From Planctomycetaceae bacterium (GTDB lineage: Bacteria > Planctomycetota > PLA2), in the NCBI GenBank assembly GCA_052388375.1, contig JBQTIG010000043.1, forward strand, positions 6,865-70,864: a DNA stretch of 64,000 nucleotides, read 5' to 3'. Below, one piece after another: positions 18,030 through 27,800 of this stretch. The notes beneath the pieces were generated by a model, which worked only from the letters and a program-made list of their open reading frames with translations, was not told the DNA's origin and ran no database searches. Each line of letters begins with the position of its first letter. Within the stretch, counting starts at the first letter, position 1. Position numbers and translations under genes: made by a program.

Positions 18030-19451
18030 GTGAAAAGATCCAACGTGAACGACGCGACCGTCCTGATCGTGGACGACGAGCCGGTGGTACGCCTCGGCCT
18101 CGGGGAGAGGCTGCGTCTGGACGGGTTTGCGGTGCAAGAGGCCGCCGACCTCGCCGCCGCGCGGCGGAGGTTGCGCGGCCCCGCCCCCTCCCTCGTCCTC
18201 CTCGACGTCCAATTCCCCGACGGGTCGGGGCTGGAGCTCCTGCCGGAAGTCCGGCAGGAGTGGCCCGACACGCCGGTGGTCATGATGACCGCCCACGGCT
18301 CCCTGGAGGGGGCGGTGGAGGCGATGCGCCTCGGCGCGCTCAACTATCTTCAAAAGCCGCTTCACGAGGATGCGCTGCGGATCGCGCTGCAGCACGCCGT
18401 CCAAGTCGGATCCCTCCTCCGCCAGGCGGGGGACAGGAGGCGCCGCAACACCGAACGGTTCGGCCTGGAGGGGATCGTGGCGAGAAGCCCGGCGATGCGC
18501 CGGGCCGTCGCGCAGGCGCGCAAGGTGGCCGAGTCGCCGGCATCGACGGTCCTCCTGCTGGGCGAGAGCGGCACCGGGAAGGGCCTCATGGCGCGCGGGA
18601 TCCACTGCGCCTCGGGGCGCGCCGACCAGCCGTTCCTCACGGTGACCTGTTCCGCCATCCCCGAGCCTCTCCTCGAGGCGGAGATGATGGGTCACGAGAA
18701 GGGAGCCTTCACCGACGCGAAGGCGCGTCGACGGGGCGTGTTCGAGGCCGCCCACGGCGGCACGGTTTTTCTCGACGAGATCGGGGACATGCCCCCGGCG
18801 CTGCAGGCCAAGCTGCTCGGCTTGCTGGAGGACCGCGCCTTCTATCGGGTCGGCGGCACCGAATTGGTGCGCGTGGACGTGCGGATCATCGCCGCCACGC
18901 ACCGCGATCTCGACGAGCAAGTCCACGCGGGGCGGTTCCGCGAGGATCTGCTCTACCGCCTTCGCGTCGTCCCGATCGTGATTCCGCCGCTCCGCGAGCG
19001 CGCGGCCGACGTCGAGGGCCTGGCCCTCGCCTTCGTGGAGCGCTTCAATCGCGAGTTCGGCCGGTCGGTGGCGGGCATCGACGCCGAAGGCGTGCGCATG
19101 CTGCAGGGACACAGCTGGCCCGGGAACGTGCGCGAGCTGCGCAACGTCCTCGAGCGTGCCATGCTCTTCGCCGAGGGCAGCTCCCTCACCGCGGAGGACT
19201 TCCTGGTCGCGCCCGGCTACCGGCCGCGCACGGCCGCAGCGACGCCCGTGGCTGCGGCGCCGGAGAATGCCGGGACCGTTCTCCTCCCCACCGAGGGGCT
19301 GCGGATCGAGGACGTGGAGGAGAGTCTGGTGCGACAGGCGATGCAGCGCGCGAGCGGCAACAAGAGCCGGGCGGCGAAGCTTCTCGGCCTTTCGCGCGAT
19401 CAGATCCGCTACCGCCTCGACAAGTTCGCGGATCGCGCCGACACGCGCTGA
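18030..19451 (+). CDS. sigma-54-dependent response regulator (NtrC family)
   Basis: REC domain (VLIVDDEPVV...VLLDVQFPDGSG), AAA+ sigma-54 interaction domain (GESGTGKG, GAFTDA, the ESELFGHEKGAF-type loop, RVDVRIIAAT) and a C-terminal Fis-type HTH (NKSRAAKLLGLSRDQIRYRL). The start is assigned to GTG at 18030; 18045 is also possible. It is divergent from the kinase genes. Confidence 0.9.
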   Translation: MKRSNVNDATVLIVDDEPVVRLGLGERLRLDGFAVQEAADLAAARRRLRGPAPSLVLLDVQFPDGSGLELLPEVRQEWPDTPVVMMTAHGSLEGAVEAMRLGALNYLQKPLHEDALRIALQHAVQVGSLLRQAGDRRRRNTERFGLEGIVARSPAMRRAVAQARKVAESPASTVLLLGESGTGKGLMARGIHCASGRADQPFLTVTCSAIPEPLLEAEMMGHEKGAFTDAKARRRGVFEAAHGGTVFLDEIGDMPPALQAKLLGLLEDRAFYRVGGTELVRVDVRIIAATHRDLDEQVHAGRFREDLLYRLRVVPIVIPPLRERAADVEGLALAFVERFNREFGRSVAGIDAEGVRMLQGHSWPGNVRELRNVLERAMLFAEGSSLTAEDFLVAPGYRPRTAAATPVAAAPENAGTVLLPTEGLRIEDVEESLVRQAMQRASGNKSRAAKLLGLSRDQIRYRLDKFADRADTR

Positions 19452-19577
19452 GCGCAGGCGGCGAATCCTGGACAGCCCGCCCCGCCCGGGTTCTCATGGC
19501 CGCGGGAAGCGGGCGACGCCACGGCGCCTCGCCCCGCGATGACAACTCGAAAGCAACTACCGAGGAGGGACTCTCCC

Positions 19578-20045
19578 ATGAACGTGCGGGAACTCATGAG
19601 CGGCGACGTCGCGCGTTGTGCCCCGGACGCCACGATGGCGGAGGCGGCACGCCTCCTTTGGGACCACGACTGCGGCGCGCTTCCAGTCGTCTGCTGCGAA
19701 ACCGGCCGCGTGATCGGCATGGTGACCGACCGCGATCTCTGCATGGCCGCGCTCATCCGCGGCGCGAGGCTCGACGAACTGCCCGTCTCCGTCGCGATGT
19801 CGCGGGACGTCCGGACCTGCCACGCCGACGATACCGCGGACCGCGCCCACGCGATCCTGCGCGAACACCAGGTGCGCCGCCTGCCCGTCGTGGACGCCGA
19901 GGGATGCCTGGTCGGCATCCTCTCCCTCAACGACCTCGCACGGCGCGCGGCCAAGGGGCGCGGCCCGGCTGCGATCGTGCGCCAGCGCGAGGTGGCCAAG
20001 ACCCTGGCAGCCGTGAGCGCGCCGCGCGCCGCCGCTCTCGTCTAG
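19578..20045 (+). CDS. CBS-pair domain protein
   Basis: Internal Met with a GAGGAGG RBS. Contains VRELMSGDVARCAPD...LPVV...GMVTDRDL and VAMSRDVRTCHAD...RLPVVDAEGCLVGILSLNDL. Confidence 0.8.
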   Translation: MNVRELMSGDVARCAPDATMAEAARLLWDHDCGALPVVCCETGRVIGMVTDRDLCMAALIRGARLDELPVSVAMSRDVRTCHADDTADRAHAILREHQVRRLPVVDAEGCLVGILSLNDLARRAAKGRGPAAIVRQREVAKTLAAVSAPRAAALV

Positions 20046-20207
20046 GGTCTGTCTGAGTACTCCATCTGGCTTCGCCCGGCTGCGCGGGCAGCAGGCTTCG
20101 CCGCTCGTCCATCGCCGTATGTGGGGTCGATACGGCTTCGGACTCGCGGCACGCCAGCAGCCCGCTCGCTCGGGCTCGGGCCGACGATGGAGTACTCGGA
20201 CAGGCCC
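20045..20207 (+). repeat. long imperfect-hairpin repeat, copy 1 (163 nt)
   Basis: 22 nt terminal arms GGGTCTGTCTGAGTACTCCATC (20045-20066) and GATGGAGTACTCGGACAGGCCC (20186-20207) are reverse complements with 2 mismatches. The ~118 nt core is about three-quarters identical by eye to copy 2. A central stem-loop is GCCGTAT-N9-ATACGGC. The element lies between the convergent CBS and USP genes. Confidence 0.75.
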
Positions 20208-20219
20208 AAGGGCGCCGCG

Positions 20220-21119
20220 TCAGTCGGCCGGCTTGGGCAGCACCAAGACCGGGCTCGCACAGCGGCGCACGAGCGACTCGGCGACGCTCCCGAGGAGCAG
20301 GCGGTCGAACCCGCGGCGCGCATGCGTGCGCGCAACGACGAGATCCGGCGTAAGTGCCGCCTCCAGCCGCAGGAGCGCGTCCGCGGGCCGGCCGCTCAGG
20401 GCGTGCACCGCTAGGCGCGGGCCCCCTTCCCGGGCGGTGATCGACTCGAGCCTCCGCCGCACGGCCTCGAGCAACCGGGCGACGTCGGGCTGCGGCAGCG
20501 GCAGGGGCACCCCGTAGTCCGCCGGCGAGAGGTAGAGCGACTCCACCACATGCGCAAGGTGGAGCGTGTCCCGCGAGGTGAGCCAGGCGCCCGCATGGGC
20601 GACGAGCGCCTCCGGTTCGGTCTCGAGGTCGACCGCGAACAGGACGTTCAGGGGGGCCGGGGGGGAGGGAACCAGCGCGCCCCGTGTGATCGCCACGGGC
20701 ACGCCGGCGGTGCGCAGGGTCTGCTCCGCCACGCTCCCCACAAGGGCGTGGCTCAGGCCGGTCCGGCCGTGGGTCGCCATGCAGACCAGGTCGGGACGCT
20801 CCTGCGCGAGGAGCGTCCCGATGCCCTCGCGGATCGAGGGGGCCTCGACGATGGCGGCTCCCTCGAGGCGGAGCGGGTCGACGCCCTCGCGCGCGAACCC
20901 CTGAAGCTGCGCGCCGTCCTCGCTCTTCGCCCATTCCACGAGCCTCTTGGCGTTCTCCGGGTCGCCCCGGCTGAAGGCCCGGAACTCCTCCGCCCGCGCA
21001 TGGACGTAGCCCACGGTGACGCGGGCACCCGTGCGAGCAGCGAAGGCGTCGGCGAGTCGGAGTCCCTTGCGCGAGTTCTCGGAGAGGTCGGCGAGCGCGA
21101 GGATGCGTTGGATGTTCAC
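20220..21119 (-). CDS. tandem universal stress protein (UspA family)
   Basis: GTG start at 21119 (VNIQRILALADLS). There are two Usp domains, each ending in a G..G......GSVAE motif (ATHGRTGLSHALVGSVAEQTLR and ARTHARRGFDRLLLGSVAESLVRRCASPVLVLP). Confidence 0.8.
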   Translation of the reverse strand: MNIQRILALADLSENSRKGLRLADAFAARTGARVTVGYVHARAEEFRAFSRGDPENAKRLVEWAKSEDGAQLQGFAREGVDPLRLEGAAIVEAPSIREGIGTLLAQERPDLVCMATHGRTGLSHALVGSVAEQTLRTAGVPVAITRGALVPSPPAPLNVLFAVDLETEPEALVAHAGAWLTSRDTLHLAHVVESLYLSPADYGVPLPLPQPDVARLLEAVRRRLESITAREGGPRLAVHALSGRPADALLRLEAALTPDLVVARTHARRGFDRLLLGSVAESLVRRCASPVLVLPKPAD

Positions 21120-21248
21120 GGCGGGCAGAGCCCACCAATTCGCGTGCCTTGCGGTGCGTCCGCCCGAAACGGGGGGTGGAGCGGCGCAAGCGGGCGCTTT
21201 TCCGCGCACCGGTCCGCGGGGGATTAGCGATCGGGCCGCGCGATTGGT

Positions 21249-21414
21249 TAAGAGCCCATCCGAAAACCCCGCTACATTCGGCCGGCTGCGCGGGCCGATC
21301 GCTTCGCCTCTCCTCCATCGCCGTTTTTCGCCAATACGGCTTCGTCGTCGCGGCTCGCGCTCGGCCCGCTCGCTCGGCCTCGGTGTTGACGCCGGGTTTT
21401 CGGATAGGCTCTTA
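21249..21414 (+). repeat. long imperfect-hairpin repeat, copy 2 (166 nt)
   Basis: Arms TAAGAGCCCATCCGAAAACCCCG (21249-21271) and CCGGGTTTTCGGATAGGCTCTTA (21392-21414) are reverse complements with 2 mismatches. They are unrelated in sequence to the arms of copy 1, yet they enclose the same conserved core (GGCTGCGCGGGC...GCTTCGCC...CCATCGCCGT...ATACGGCTTCG...GCCCGCTCGCTCGG) in the same orientation. The element ends 25 bp before the ATG of the next USP gene. Confidence 0.75.
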
Positions 21415-21438
21415 GGATTCGCTTGCTAGGAGTGCGGC

Positions 21439-22350
21439 ATGAAAGCATCCCGGATCCTCGTCCCCGTCGATCTCTCCCCCGGCTCCCGCGCCGCCCTGAA
21501 GGACGCCGCGACCTGGGCGAAGCGGACCGGCGCCTCCCTCCGCGTCCTCCACGTCCACCTGCCGGTGCCGCCCGCGCTGTTTGCCGCCTCGGGGATGGTG
21601 CTCCCCCCCCTCGACCCGGCCCAGGCGGCGCGGCTCCGCGAAACGGTCGAGCGGGAGCTCGCCTCTTTCGTCGAGGGCGCCCTGGGAAGGGGCCACGGGG
21701 CCGACCTCTCTGTGGAGGAGGGGATCTTCGTCCCCGAGACCGTCGTCGAGAGCGCGCAAAAGCACCGCGACGAGCTGCTCTGCTTCAGCGCCCACGGCCG
21801 CCGCGGCTTCCGGCACCTCCTCCTGGGAAGCACGGCGGAAGCGATCCTGCGCCTGAGCCCGCTGCCCAGCCTGGTGCTCCGCTACGCCGACGACCGCGCC
21901 CCCGCCCCCTCCCTCCGCATCCCGCGCACGGTCCTCGCCTGCGTGGATCTCTCGGACCGGTCCCGCGGGGTGCTGGCCCACGCGGCCTCTCTCGTCGATC
22001 CGAAGGGCACGCTCGTGGTGGCCCATGTCATCGAGGGGCCCGCCTCCCACGGTCTCTACGGCGCCGCCCTCGATCTCCCCGCGGAGAACCTGGCCGCGGC
22101 GCGGGAGTGGGTGCAGGCGGCGCTCACCAAGCTTCTCGGGGAGATCGGCGGGGACGCCAAGAAGAAGATCCGCGTCGCCTTCGACCGGCCCGCGCGCGGC
22201 ATCCTGGCGCTCAAGGAGGAGCTCAAGCCCGATCTCACGGTGATCGGCACGCGGGGGCCCCAGGGCGGGCAGCGTCTCCTCCTGGGAAGCGTGGCGGAGC
22301 GCGTCATCCGTCAAGCCGTCGGGCCCGTCTTCGTGGTCCCGGCGCCCTGA
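21439..22350 (+). CDS. tandem universal stress protein (UspA family)
   Basis: MKASRILVPVDLSPGS..., with two Usp domains (SAHGRRGFRHLLLGSTAEAILR and GTRGPQGGQRLLLGSVAERVIRQAVGPVFVVP). Confidence 0.85.
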   Translation: MKASRILVPVDLSPGSRAALKDAATWAKRTGASLRVLHVHLPVPPALFAASGMVLPPLDPAQAARLRETVERELASFVEGALGRGHGADLSVEEGIFVPETVVESAQKHRDELLCFSAHGRRGFRHLLLGSTAEAILRLSPLPSLVLRYADDRAPAPSLRIPRTVLACVDLSDRSRGVLAHAASLVDPKGTLVVAHVIEGPASHGLYGAALDLPAENLAAAREWVQAALTKLLGEIGGDAKKKIRVAFDRPARGILALKEELKPDLTVIGTRGPQGGQRLLLGSVAERVIRQAVGPVFVVPAP

Positions 22351-23078
22351 CCCGACGCGAGCCGGAGGCGCGCGACGAGGGGAAGGTGGTCGCTCGCCTC
22401 GCGGGCGAGCGGCATCTTCGACCGGAAGCAGCGCAGCACCTCCAGATCGCCGCGCACGAAGAGTGCGTCCAGCGGGCGCATCGGCCAGACGGCGGGGTAG
22501 GTCGGTGCTTGCCGGCCCGCCCGACGGAAGCCCGCGGGCAGAAGGAAGCGGCGGCCGAGGGTGCCCCAGAGATCGTTGAGATCGCCGCCGAAGAGGATCG
22601 GCGTGCGGACATGCAGGCCGGCGAACGGATGGCTGCCCAGGAAACGCCGCATCTGCCGGGCGCGTTCGAATGCCGCCAGGCCGAGGTGCAGGTTGTAGAG
22701 CACGAGGGTGCGCGACCGCTTGCCCACGCGCACGCGACAGCGGGCATGCAGCACGCCGCGGCGCTTCTTGGGCCCGATGGTGAGATCGATGTTGCGCGCG
22801 TGGCTCAGGGGCCAGCGCGAGAGGATGGCGTTGCCGTAGCGCCCCCGGCGCAGGGTCACATTGGGCCCGTAGCAGAAGTGCCGGAAGCCGAGCGCGTCGG
22901 CCAGCATCTCCGTCTGCGAATGGAAGGAGGAGCGTGGCGCGCCGTCGTCCACCTCCTGCAGGAAGAGGACGTCGGGGTCGTAGGAGTGGACCAGCTCGAT
23001 GATCCGTTCGGGCCGATAGCGCCGGTCGACGCCGCCGATCCCCTTGTGGATGTTCCAGGAGAGGACGCGCAGGTGCAT
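22311..23078 (-). CDS. endonuclease/exonuclease/phosphatase (EEP) family protein
   Basis: MHLRVLSWNIHKG, DVLFLQEV, GNAILSRWP, GGDLND and a C-terminal SDHLPLVARL are the standard EEP catalytic motifs. Its last 40 nt overlap the 3' end of the convergent USP gene. Confidence 0.85.
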   Translation of the reverse strand: MHLRVLSWNIHKGIGGVDRRYRPERIIELVHSYDPDVLFLQEVDDGAPRSSFHSQTEMLADALGFRHFCYGPNVTLRRGRYGNAILSRWPLSHARNIDLTIGPKKRRGVLHARCRVRVGKRSRTLVLYNLHLGLAAFERARQMRRFLGSHPFAGLHVRTPILFGGDLNDLWGTLGRRFLLPAGFRRAGRQAPTYPAVWPMRPLDALFVRGDLEVLRCFRSKMPLAREASDHLPLVARLRLASGQGAGTTKTGPTA

Positions 23079-23105
23079 GGCAGACCCGGCGCGGGTAGGA
23101 TCCTC

Positions 23106-24524
23106 ATGCGCCGGATGACCAAGATCCTAGTCGCCGCGAATCTGCTTGTCGCCTCCGGCGCGAGCCTGCACCTGCTCCTGCGCTACCGCCGATCGACCAC
23201 GGCGGTGGCATGGCTCTTCGCGATCTGGGTCCTGCCGTTCCTCGGATCCCTTCTCTACGCGCTGCTGGGCGTTCCTGGGGAACCGCGCGCGGTGCGGCGG
23301 CGGAAGGCGCGCGCCGAGGCCATCCGCGGAAGGGGGCGCGCGGGCATCCTGCCCAAGGTTCCCTACCCGGCCGGGGTCGTCGACCCGAACCTCGCCTCCC
23401 TGGTCGATCGCGCGGCGCCCTTCCCGTTGACGGCGGGCAACGCCGTCGATCTGCTCCCCGGGGGCGGGGCCGCCTTCGACGCGATGCTCGCCGCCATCGC
23501 CGCGGCGCGCAACGAAATCGTGCTCGCCAGCTACATCCTCGATCCCGGCGCCGTGACACGGAGGCTCTTCGGTCTGCTCGAGGAGAGGGCGGCGGCGGGG
23601 GTGAGCGTGCGCCTCCTCTACGACCACTTCGGATCGTTTCGCCTCTCGCGGGGGGCACGGAACCGTCTCGCCGCCGCGGGGATCCGCGCCGCTGGCTTCC
23701 TTCGCCCCAACCCCTTCAAGCGCCGGCTCCAGATCAACTTCCGGAACCACAGGAAGATCCTGGTCGTCGACGGCCGGGAGGCGTTTCTGGGAGGTCTCAA
23801 CTGGGCCGACGAGTACGACGAACGCCTCCCGGCCCCCCGCACGCTGCGCGATCTCCACATGCGGGTGCGCGGACCGGTGGTTGCGGCGTTGCGGCGCATC
23901 TTCCTGGAGGATTACTGCATCGCCGCCGACGACTCGATGGAGCCCGGCGACGCGGTGGTCCCGGCTCCGGAGGGCGTGCTCTGCGCCCGCGCGATCCCCC
24001 ACGGCCCGGACGAGGAGACGCCGGGGCTCACTGCGGTGTTCCACGGCGCCATCCAGCGCGCCCGGCGCGATCTCCTTCTCGTGAGCCCCTATTTCGTGCC
24101 GGGCGGCACGATGCGCGAGGCGCTCCGCATCGCGGCGCTCTCGGGGGTACGGGTGCGGCTGCTGCTGCCCCGCCGGTCCGACAACGCGATGGCCGACCTC
24201 GCGGCGCGCCACAACTTCGGTCCGCTTCTGGAGGCGGGGGCGTGGATCGGGCTCGTGGATGGGGATTTCCTCCACGCCAAGGCGCTCGTGGTGGACGGCG
24301 CCTGGAGCTGTCTCGGGAGCGCGAATTTCGACGAGCGCTCGTTTCACTGCAACTACGAGATCGGTCTCGAGGTGCCCGATCGGGAGTTCGCCGGCTTGGT
24401 GGAAGCCTCCTTCCACGGCGAGCTGGCGCGGGCGGTGCCCCTCGATGCGCGGCTGTTCGCCCGGCGCTCGCCCTGGCATCGCGCCCTCCAGAATGCGGCC
24501 GCGCTGTTCGAGCCGCTGCTCTGA
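23106..24524 (+). CDS. cls: cardiolipin synthase (PLD superfamily, two HKD motifs)
   Basis: Two N-terminal TM helices, then HKD motifs HRKILVVDGREAFLGGLN and LHAKALVVDGAWSCLGSANFD. The start is the internal ATG of the long track ORF 21423..24524. Confidence 0.9.
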   Translation: MRRMTKILVAANLLVASGASLHLLLRYRRSTTAVAWLFAIWVLPFLGSLLYALLGVPGEPRAVRRRKARAEAIRGRGRAGILPKVPYPAGVVDPNLASLVDRAAPFPLTAGNAVDLLPGGGAAFDAMLAAIAAARNEIVLASYILDPGAVTRRLFGLLEERAAAGVSVRLLYDHFGSFRLSRGARNRLAAAGIRAAGFLRPNPFKRRLQINFRNHRKILVVDGREAFLGGLNWADEYDERLPAPRTLRDLHMRVRGPVVAALRRIFLEDYCIAADDSMEPGDAVVPAPEGVLCARAIPHGPDEETPGLTAVFHGAIQRARRDLLLVSPYFVPGGTMREALRIAALSGVRVRLLLPRRSDNAMADLAARHNFGPLLEAGAWIGLVDGDFLHAKALVVDGAWSCLGSANFDERSFHCNYEIGLEVPDREFAGLVEASFHGELARAVPLDARLFARRSPWHRALQNAAALFEPLL

Positions 24525-24538
24525 GCCGCGCAAGCGCG

Positions 24539-26083
24539 ATGCGGCTCGTTCGCCGAGGCCCTAGACTGGTGCGCATGGACGCCGCTCTGCTCGCCGAAGG
24601 CCTCCAGCGGCCGGAGGCCTATCCTCGCCCCCCCGGGCGGGTGGAGCTGCGGCGCACCCACGCCTCGCTTCTCTTCCTCACCGACGCGACGGTCTACAAG
24701 GTGAAGCAGGCGGTCCGCTTCCCGTTCCTCGACTTTTCCTCCCTGGAGAAGCGCCGTCATGCCTGCGAGGAGGAGCTGAGGCTCAACCGGCGCCTCGCGC
24801 CGGCCGTCTACCGGCGCTGCGTGCCGGTCACGCGGGGGGCCGACGGACTCCTGCGCTTCGGCGGAACCGGCGAGACCGTCGACTGGGCGGTGGAAATGGC
24901 GCGCCTGGCCGACGACCGCATGCTCGACCGCCTCCTGGACGCGGGCGCCGTGACCGCCCGGGACCTCGACCCCATCCTCGATCTCCTCGCCGCCTTCCAC
25001 CGCGACGCCGCCACGGGCCCCGGGGTGGACGAGCACGGCACCCCCGAGGCGGTCCGCGCCATCGTCCTCGACAATCTCGACGTCGCGGCGGCGCAGTGGC
25101 CGCCCCGGATGCTCGCCCGCCTGGGCGCCTACCTGACCGCGTTCCTGGCGGCGCGGCGCCCGCTCTTCGAACGGCGCGTGGCGGAGGGCAGGATCCGCGA
25201 CGGCCACGGCGACCTCCACGCGGGAAACCTCTGTCTCCTGCCGGAAGGCCCGGTGGCCTACGACTGCATCGAGTTCTCCCGGCGCCTCCGCTGCGGAGAC
25301 GTCGCCGCCGACCTCGCCTTCCTCGTCATGGATCTGCAGGTCCGCGGCTCCCGACCCCTCTCCTCCCATCTCGTGGCGGGCTACGCGCGCAGGGCCGCGG
25401 ATCCCGAGCTGCCGCACCTGATCCCCTTCTACGTCATCCATCGCGCCTGCGTCCGCGCGACGGTGGCTTTCCTGCGCGACGCCCCCGCGGACGCCCTCCG
25501 CTTCGCGCGCTACGCCGCGGGAGCCACGCTCCCGCCGCTGCTCCTGGCGCTCTGCGGCCTCCCCGGCACCGGGAAGAGCAGCGTGGCCCGCGCCGTTGCG
25601 GCGCCCCTGGGCGCGCTCCACCTCTCGAGCGACCTGGTGCGCAAGGAGCTCCACGGCCTGCCGCCCACAGCGCGCGGAGCCGCGATCTATGGCGCCCACG
25701 CCACGGCACGCACTTACGAGGAGCTCGAGCGACGCGCCGAGGCGGCGCTTGCCGCGGGCTCGCCCGCGGTGGTCGACGGCACCTTCCCCGAGCCCGGCAT
25801 GCGCGCCCGGCTGCGGGAGCTCGCGGCCCGGCGCGGCGTCCCCTTCCTCCTCCTGCACGTGGAGAGCGACGAGGCCTGGGTGCGCGAGCGGATGAGGGGG
25901 AGGGCCCGGGAGGGTGCGGACGCGTCCGACGCCGATTTCGCCGTGCACCTGCTCGCGAAGGAGCGTTTCCGCCCGCCCCTCGGAGAGGCCGGTCTCCTGG
26001 CGGTCCGTGGGGACCGGGATCCCGGGGAGACGGCGACGGAGGTCGTGGAGCGGCTTTCCGGGGAGGCTCCCGTACAGATCTGA
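24539..26083 (+). CDS. bifunctional phosphotransferase-like (APH fold) / P-loop kinase protein
   Basis: Real part of track ORF 23210..26083. It has an APH/choline-kinase-like region ([11 protein letters not shown]...DCIEF) followed by a P-loop ([14 protein letters not shown]) in an AAA_33-type kinase domain. Confidence 0.65.
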   Translation: MRLVRRGPRLVRMDAALLAEGLQRPEAYPRPPGRVELRRTHASLLFLTDATVYKVKQAVRFPFLDFSSLEKRRHACEEELRLNRRLAPAVYRRCVPVTRGADGLLRFGGTGETVDWAVEMARLADDRMLDRLLDAGAVTARDLDPILDLLAAFHRDAATGPGVDEHGTPEAVRAIVLDNLDVAAAQWPPRMLARLGAYLTAFLAARRPLFERRVAEGRIRDGHGDLHAGNLCLLPEGPVAYDCIEFSRRLRCGDVAADLAFLVMDLQVRGSRPLSSHLVAGYARRAADPELPHLIPFYVIHRACVRATVAFLRDAPADALRFARYAAGATLPPLLLALCGLPGTGKSSVARAVAAPLGALHLSSDLVRKELHGLPPTARGAAIYGAHATARTYEELERRAEAALAAGSPAVVDGTFPEPGMRARLRELAARRGVPFLLLHVESDEAWVRERMRGRAREGADASDADFAVHLLAKERFRPPLGEAGLLAVRGDRDPGETATEVVERLSGEAPVQI

Positions 26084-26195
26084 GACGAAATCAGGCGCGC
26101 GGCGCCCTTCGGGGCATCTCCCGGGTTGCCCCCAGGGGAACGGCTCCTCATACTCGGTGGGACGCCTGGGGCAGAATGCGGCGAGAGGAGAGCGG

Positions 26196-27794
26196 ATGAA
26201 GAACCACAGTGCCAGCCCGAACGCGGATCTGGAGGCGATCGGAATCCGCCACCCGGCCGCGGTCCACCGCAATCTCGCCACCGCGCAGCTCGTCGAGGAG
26301 GCGATCCGCCGCCAGGAGGGCCTGCTCTCCCGCGAGGGCGCCCTCGTGGTGAGCACGGCGCCGCACACCGGCCGTTCCCCCTCCGACAAGTTCCTCGTGG
26401 AGGAGCCGTCGAGCCGGGAGAGCATCGACTGGGGCAGCGTGAACCGGCCGTTCGCCCCCGAACGCTTCGACCGCCTCTTCGCCCGCGTCCAGGCCTACCT
26501 GCAGAATCGCCAGCTCTTCGTCCAGGACTGCTGGGCGGGCGCCGACCGCCGCTACCGGATTCCGGTGCGGGTCGTCACCGAGACGGCCTGGCACAACCTC
26601 TTCGCCCGCTGCCTCTTCCTCCAACCGACGGCGGACGAACTCGCCTCTTTCCAACCCGAGTTCACCATCGTCAACGCGCCCTCGTTCCGCGCGTCGCCCG
26701 AGCTGGACGGCACCGCCTCCGAGACCTTCATCCTCCTCCACTTCGCGAAGCGTCTCGTCCTCATCGGCGGCACCCACTACGCGGGGGAGATCAAGAAGTC
26801 GGTCTTCTCCATTCTCAACTATCTCCTCCCGCGGCGCGGAGTGCTCCCCATGCACTGCTCCGCCAACGTGGGCGAAGCGGGCGACGTCGCCCTCTTCTTC
26901 GGCCTCTCCGGAACCGGAAAGACCACGCTCTCCGCCGACCCCCACCGGCGCCTCATCGGGGACGACGAGCATGGCTGGAGCGACGACGGCGTCTTCAACT
27001 TCGAGGGGGGCTGCTACGCCAAGGTGATCCGGCTCTCCGCCGAGGCGGAGCCGCAGATCTACGCCGCCTCCCACCGGTTCGGCACCATCCTGGAAAACGT
27101 CGTGATCGACCGCGCCACGGGGATCGTCGATCTGGACGACGGGAGCATCACGGAGAACACGCGCTCGGCCTACGGCATCGAGCAGATCGCCAATCGCGTG
27201 CCGGAGGGCCTGGCGGGCCACCCCTCCCATGTCTTCTTCCTGACCGCGGACGCCTTCGGCGTGCTCCCTCCCATCAGCCGCCTCACCCCAGACCAGGCGA
27301 TGTTCCACTTCCTGTCGGGCTACACCGCGAAAGTGGCCGGCACGGAGCGGGGCGTCGCGGAACCGAAGGCGACGTTCAGCGCCTGCTTCGGCGCGCCGTT
27401 CCTCCCGCTGCGCCCCTCGGTCTATGCGGGACTCTTGGGCGAGAAGCTCGGCGCGCACAAGGCGCGCTGCTGGCTGGTCAACACCGGATGGACCGGGGGC
27501 CCCTACGGCACCGGGCAGCGCATGAAGATCGCCCACACCCGCGCGCTGCTGCGCGCCGCGCTGGAGGGCAAGCTCGACGGGGTGCGCGGGGTCACCGACC
27601 CGGTCTTCGGCATCGAGGTGCCGGAGTCCTGCCCGGGCGTGCCGGCCGAGGTGCTCCGTCCGCGCGCCACCTGGGGCGACGGCGCGGCCTACGACGCACA
27701 GGCGCGCAAGCTGGCGCAGATGTTCCAGAAGAGCTTCGAGCCGCATCTCGCTGGCGTCGGCGCCGGCGTCCGCGCCGCCGCGCCGAGGGCCTGA
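26196..27794 (+). CDS. pckA: phosphoenolpyruvate carboxykinase (ATP)
   Basis: Met95 of the track ORF with a GAGAGGAG RBS. Motifs include [33 protein letters not shown] and IGDDEHGW, the canonical ATP-PEPCK signatures. Confidence 0.95.
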   Translation: MKNHSASPNADLEAIGIRHPAAVHRNLATAQLVEEAIRRQEGLLSREGALVVSTAPHTGRSPSDKFLVEEPSSRESIDWGSVNRPFAPERFDRLFARVQAYLQNRQLFVQDCWAGADRRYRIPVRVVTETAWHNLFARCLFLQPTADELASFQPEFTIVNAPSFRASPELDGTASETFILLHFAKRLVLIGGTHYAGEIKKSVFSILNYLLPRRGVLPMHCSANVGEAGDVALFFGLSGTGKTTLSADPHRRLIGDDEHGWSDDGVFNFEGGCYAKVIRLSAEAEPQIYAASHRFGTILENVVIDRATGIVDLDDGSITENTRSAYGIEQIANRVPEGLAGHPSHVFFLTADAFGVLPPISRLTPDQAMFHFLSGYTAKVAGTERGVAEPKATFSACFGAPFLPLRPSVYAGLLGEKLGAHKARCWLVNTGWTGGPYGTGQRMKIAHTRALLRAALEGKLDGVRGVTDPVFGIEVPESCPGVPAEVLRPRATWGDGAAYDAQARKLAQMFQKSFEPHLAGVGAGVRAAAPRA

Positions 27795-27800
27795 CGCCCC

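Noticed and set aside
16049-20056. 1335-aa plus-strand ORF spanning the kinase/regulator region
   Set aside because: It runs antisense through the sensor kinase and out of frame through the NtrC-type regulator and CBS genes. It has an extreme Arg/Gly/Pro/Ala bias and no domain.
21133-21150. Sigma-54-like AAGGCACGCGAATTGG upstream of the minus-strand USP gene
   Set aside because: The -12 element is GG rather than the nearly invariant GC, and it sits only about 15 nt from the GTG start. That is too weak to call.
22311-22350. 40-nt overlap of the convergent USP and EEP gene ends
   Set aside because: The EEP catalytic domain ends at SDHLPLVARL. The overlapping part is a short unconserved tail reading into the antisense of the USP gene, so no special mechanism is needed.
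23210-24538. N-terminal 443 codons of track ORF 23210..26083, and similar long 5' extensions of ORFs 21423, 31128, 37473, 44625 and 61683
   Set aside because: These are read-through of other genes' alternative frames. The recognisable protein begins at an internal start with an RBS, or at a start/stop overlap with the upstream gene.
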